Source of the DNA: Paraspadella gotoi
Taxonomy: Eukaryota; Animalia; Chaetognatha
Assembly (NCBI GenBank): GCA_051294375.1
Contig: CM119266.1
Span: forward strand, 8,748,089-8,796,595
Direction: 5' to 3'
Length of the DNA: 48,507 nt
A program made the position numbers and the translations under genes. How positions within the stretch are numbered: the stretch's first letter is position 1; each line of letters starts with the position of its first letter. The notes below the pieces were generated by a model, which was not told the origin of the DNA, did no database searches, and was given only the letters and a program-made list of their open reading frames with translations. Of this stretch, positions 47,772 to 48,507 are shown in pieces.

Positions 47772-48507
47772 CATAAAGAAAAAAAGAATGAAAGAAAGAA
47801 AGAAAAAGAAAAGCAAGCCCAACAAATCAAGCGAGCAAGCAAGCAGGAGAGACCCCTGTCGGCTGGAATCGAAATCATTGATCATAATGCTAGATTGGAC
47901 TCTTTTTTTTACGTCGGGCGTAAAACTTTGTTTTCTCATTTTTTTTTCTTTCCTTCGAAAGGAATTTTGCGGCTTCCGGCTTCTGGATAAAAAAAAAGAG
48001 GGAGAGATAGAGAGAGAGAGTATTTCTTTTTTTCTTTTTTTTTCTCTCCAAACATTTTTTTTTTTGGGAAAGCGTCGCTGACCGGCTGCATCTTTCTGAC
48101 TGTTTGTCTGTCGGTCCGACTGTTAGACTTTCTTACCTACTTGTATCTGTCTGTATGTCGTTTTTTCTTCCTGCTTATCAGTTTATCCGAAGTTTCGCCT
48201 GAATATCTTGACTGTCTGTCCGACAGTCTGTCTTACTAAACTAAAAACTATCTTTCTGTCTGTTCGACTCTTTGGTTTACTTAATATCCAGAATGAAAAT
48301 ATTGTACGAAAAAAACGTAGAATAAAGGAGAATATAACAAAGCAATCTGAAATTTAATTGACAAATCTGGCGAATCCTAAATTCGCCACACAAACATTTA
48401 TATTATAAAAATAGGACATTGCCCCCTCGTCTCTCGAAATTCCAGTTTTTTCTTTTTACTTTTTACATTTTTTTAAATTCTTTATTATCAAGATTTTCTT
48501 TTTTTTT
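47292..48507 (-). repeat. Diverged inverted copy of about 13535-14913 (same orientation as ~21948-23325)
   Basis: Starts ggattttgaagagtg as at 21948 and follows the right arm, with a ~385-nt deletion and several short insertions. Confidence 0.9.

Overview
Microsatellite-rich, AT-rich animal (invertebrate-like) genomic DNA from a gappy assembly. Almost all listed ORFs are artefacts of simple repeats. The one gene I can identify is a spliced PICK1 orthologue (PDZ domain plus the start of the BAR domain). It has seven exons on the - strand between 6786 and 78 and continues past the left edge. Two further 5'-partial copies (exons 1-5) lie on the + strand at 35877-38526 and 44160-46809. The exons join with consistent phases into (YSSPLSGVT)MTLGGSVVLRKDSNNNIGISIGGGFPCPSLYVVQVFDRTPAALDGTLESGDEITGINGKTVKGMTKVELARHIHALSGGVRIHYNKLNLDSNLLGASVEIAVKKVKHRIVEKMQPSTADLLGLSRAILCNDDLVAKLKTLETKGQLYREFTTRLWKLALRSYHHAASMKRFGEIFFEMATREPSLPSSEAF. 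Only about 18.5 kb of the 48.5 kb is unique (1-18489); the rest re-reads the same locus as a ~20.5 kb palindrome (8172-28689), an exact direct duplication with 8283 bp offset, and smaller fold-backs. The junction geometry, five gaps of exactly 25 N and complementary single-base indels point to long-read gap-filling artefacts plus a second haplotype, not a real amplification. The best biological leads are in PICK1: a GC-AG intron, a candidate frame-preserving 9-nt microexon, and a CPC-to-CPS change in the PDZ domain. There are also possible exons of an unidentified neighbouring gene. I found no convincing new biological system.
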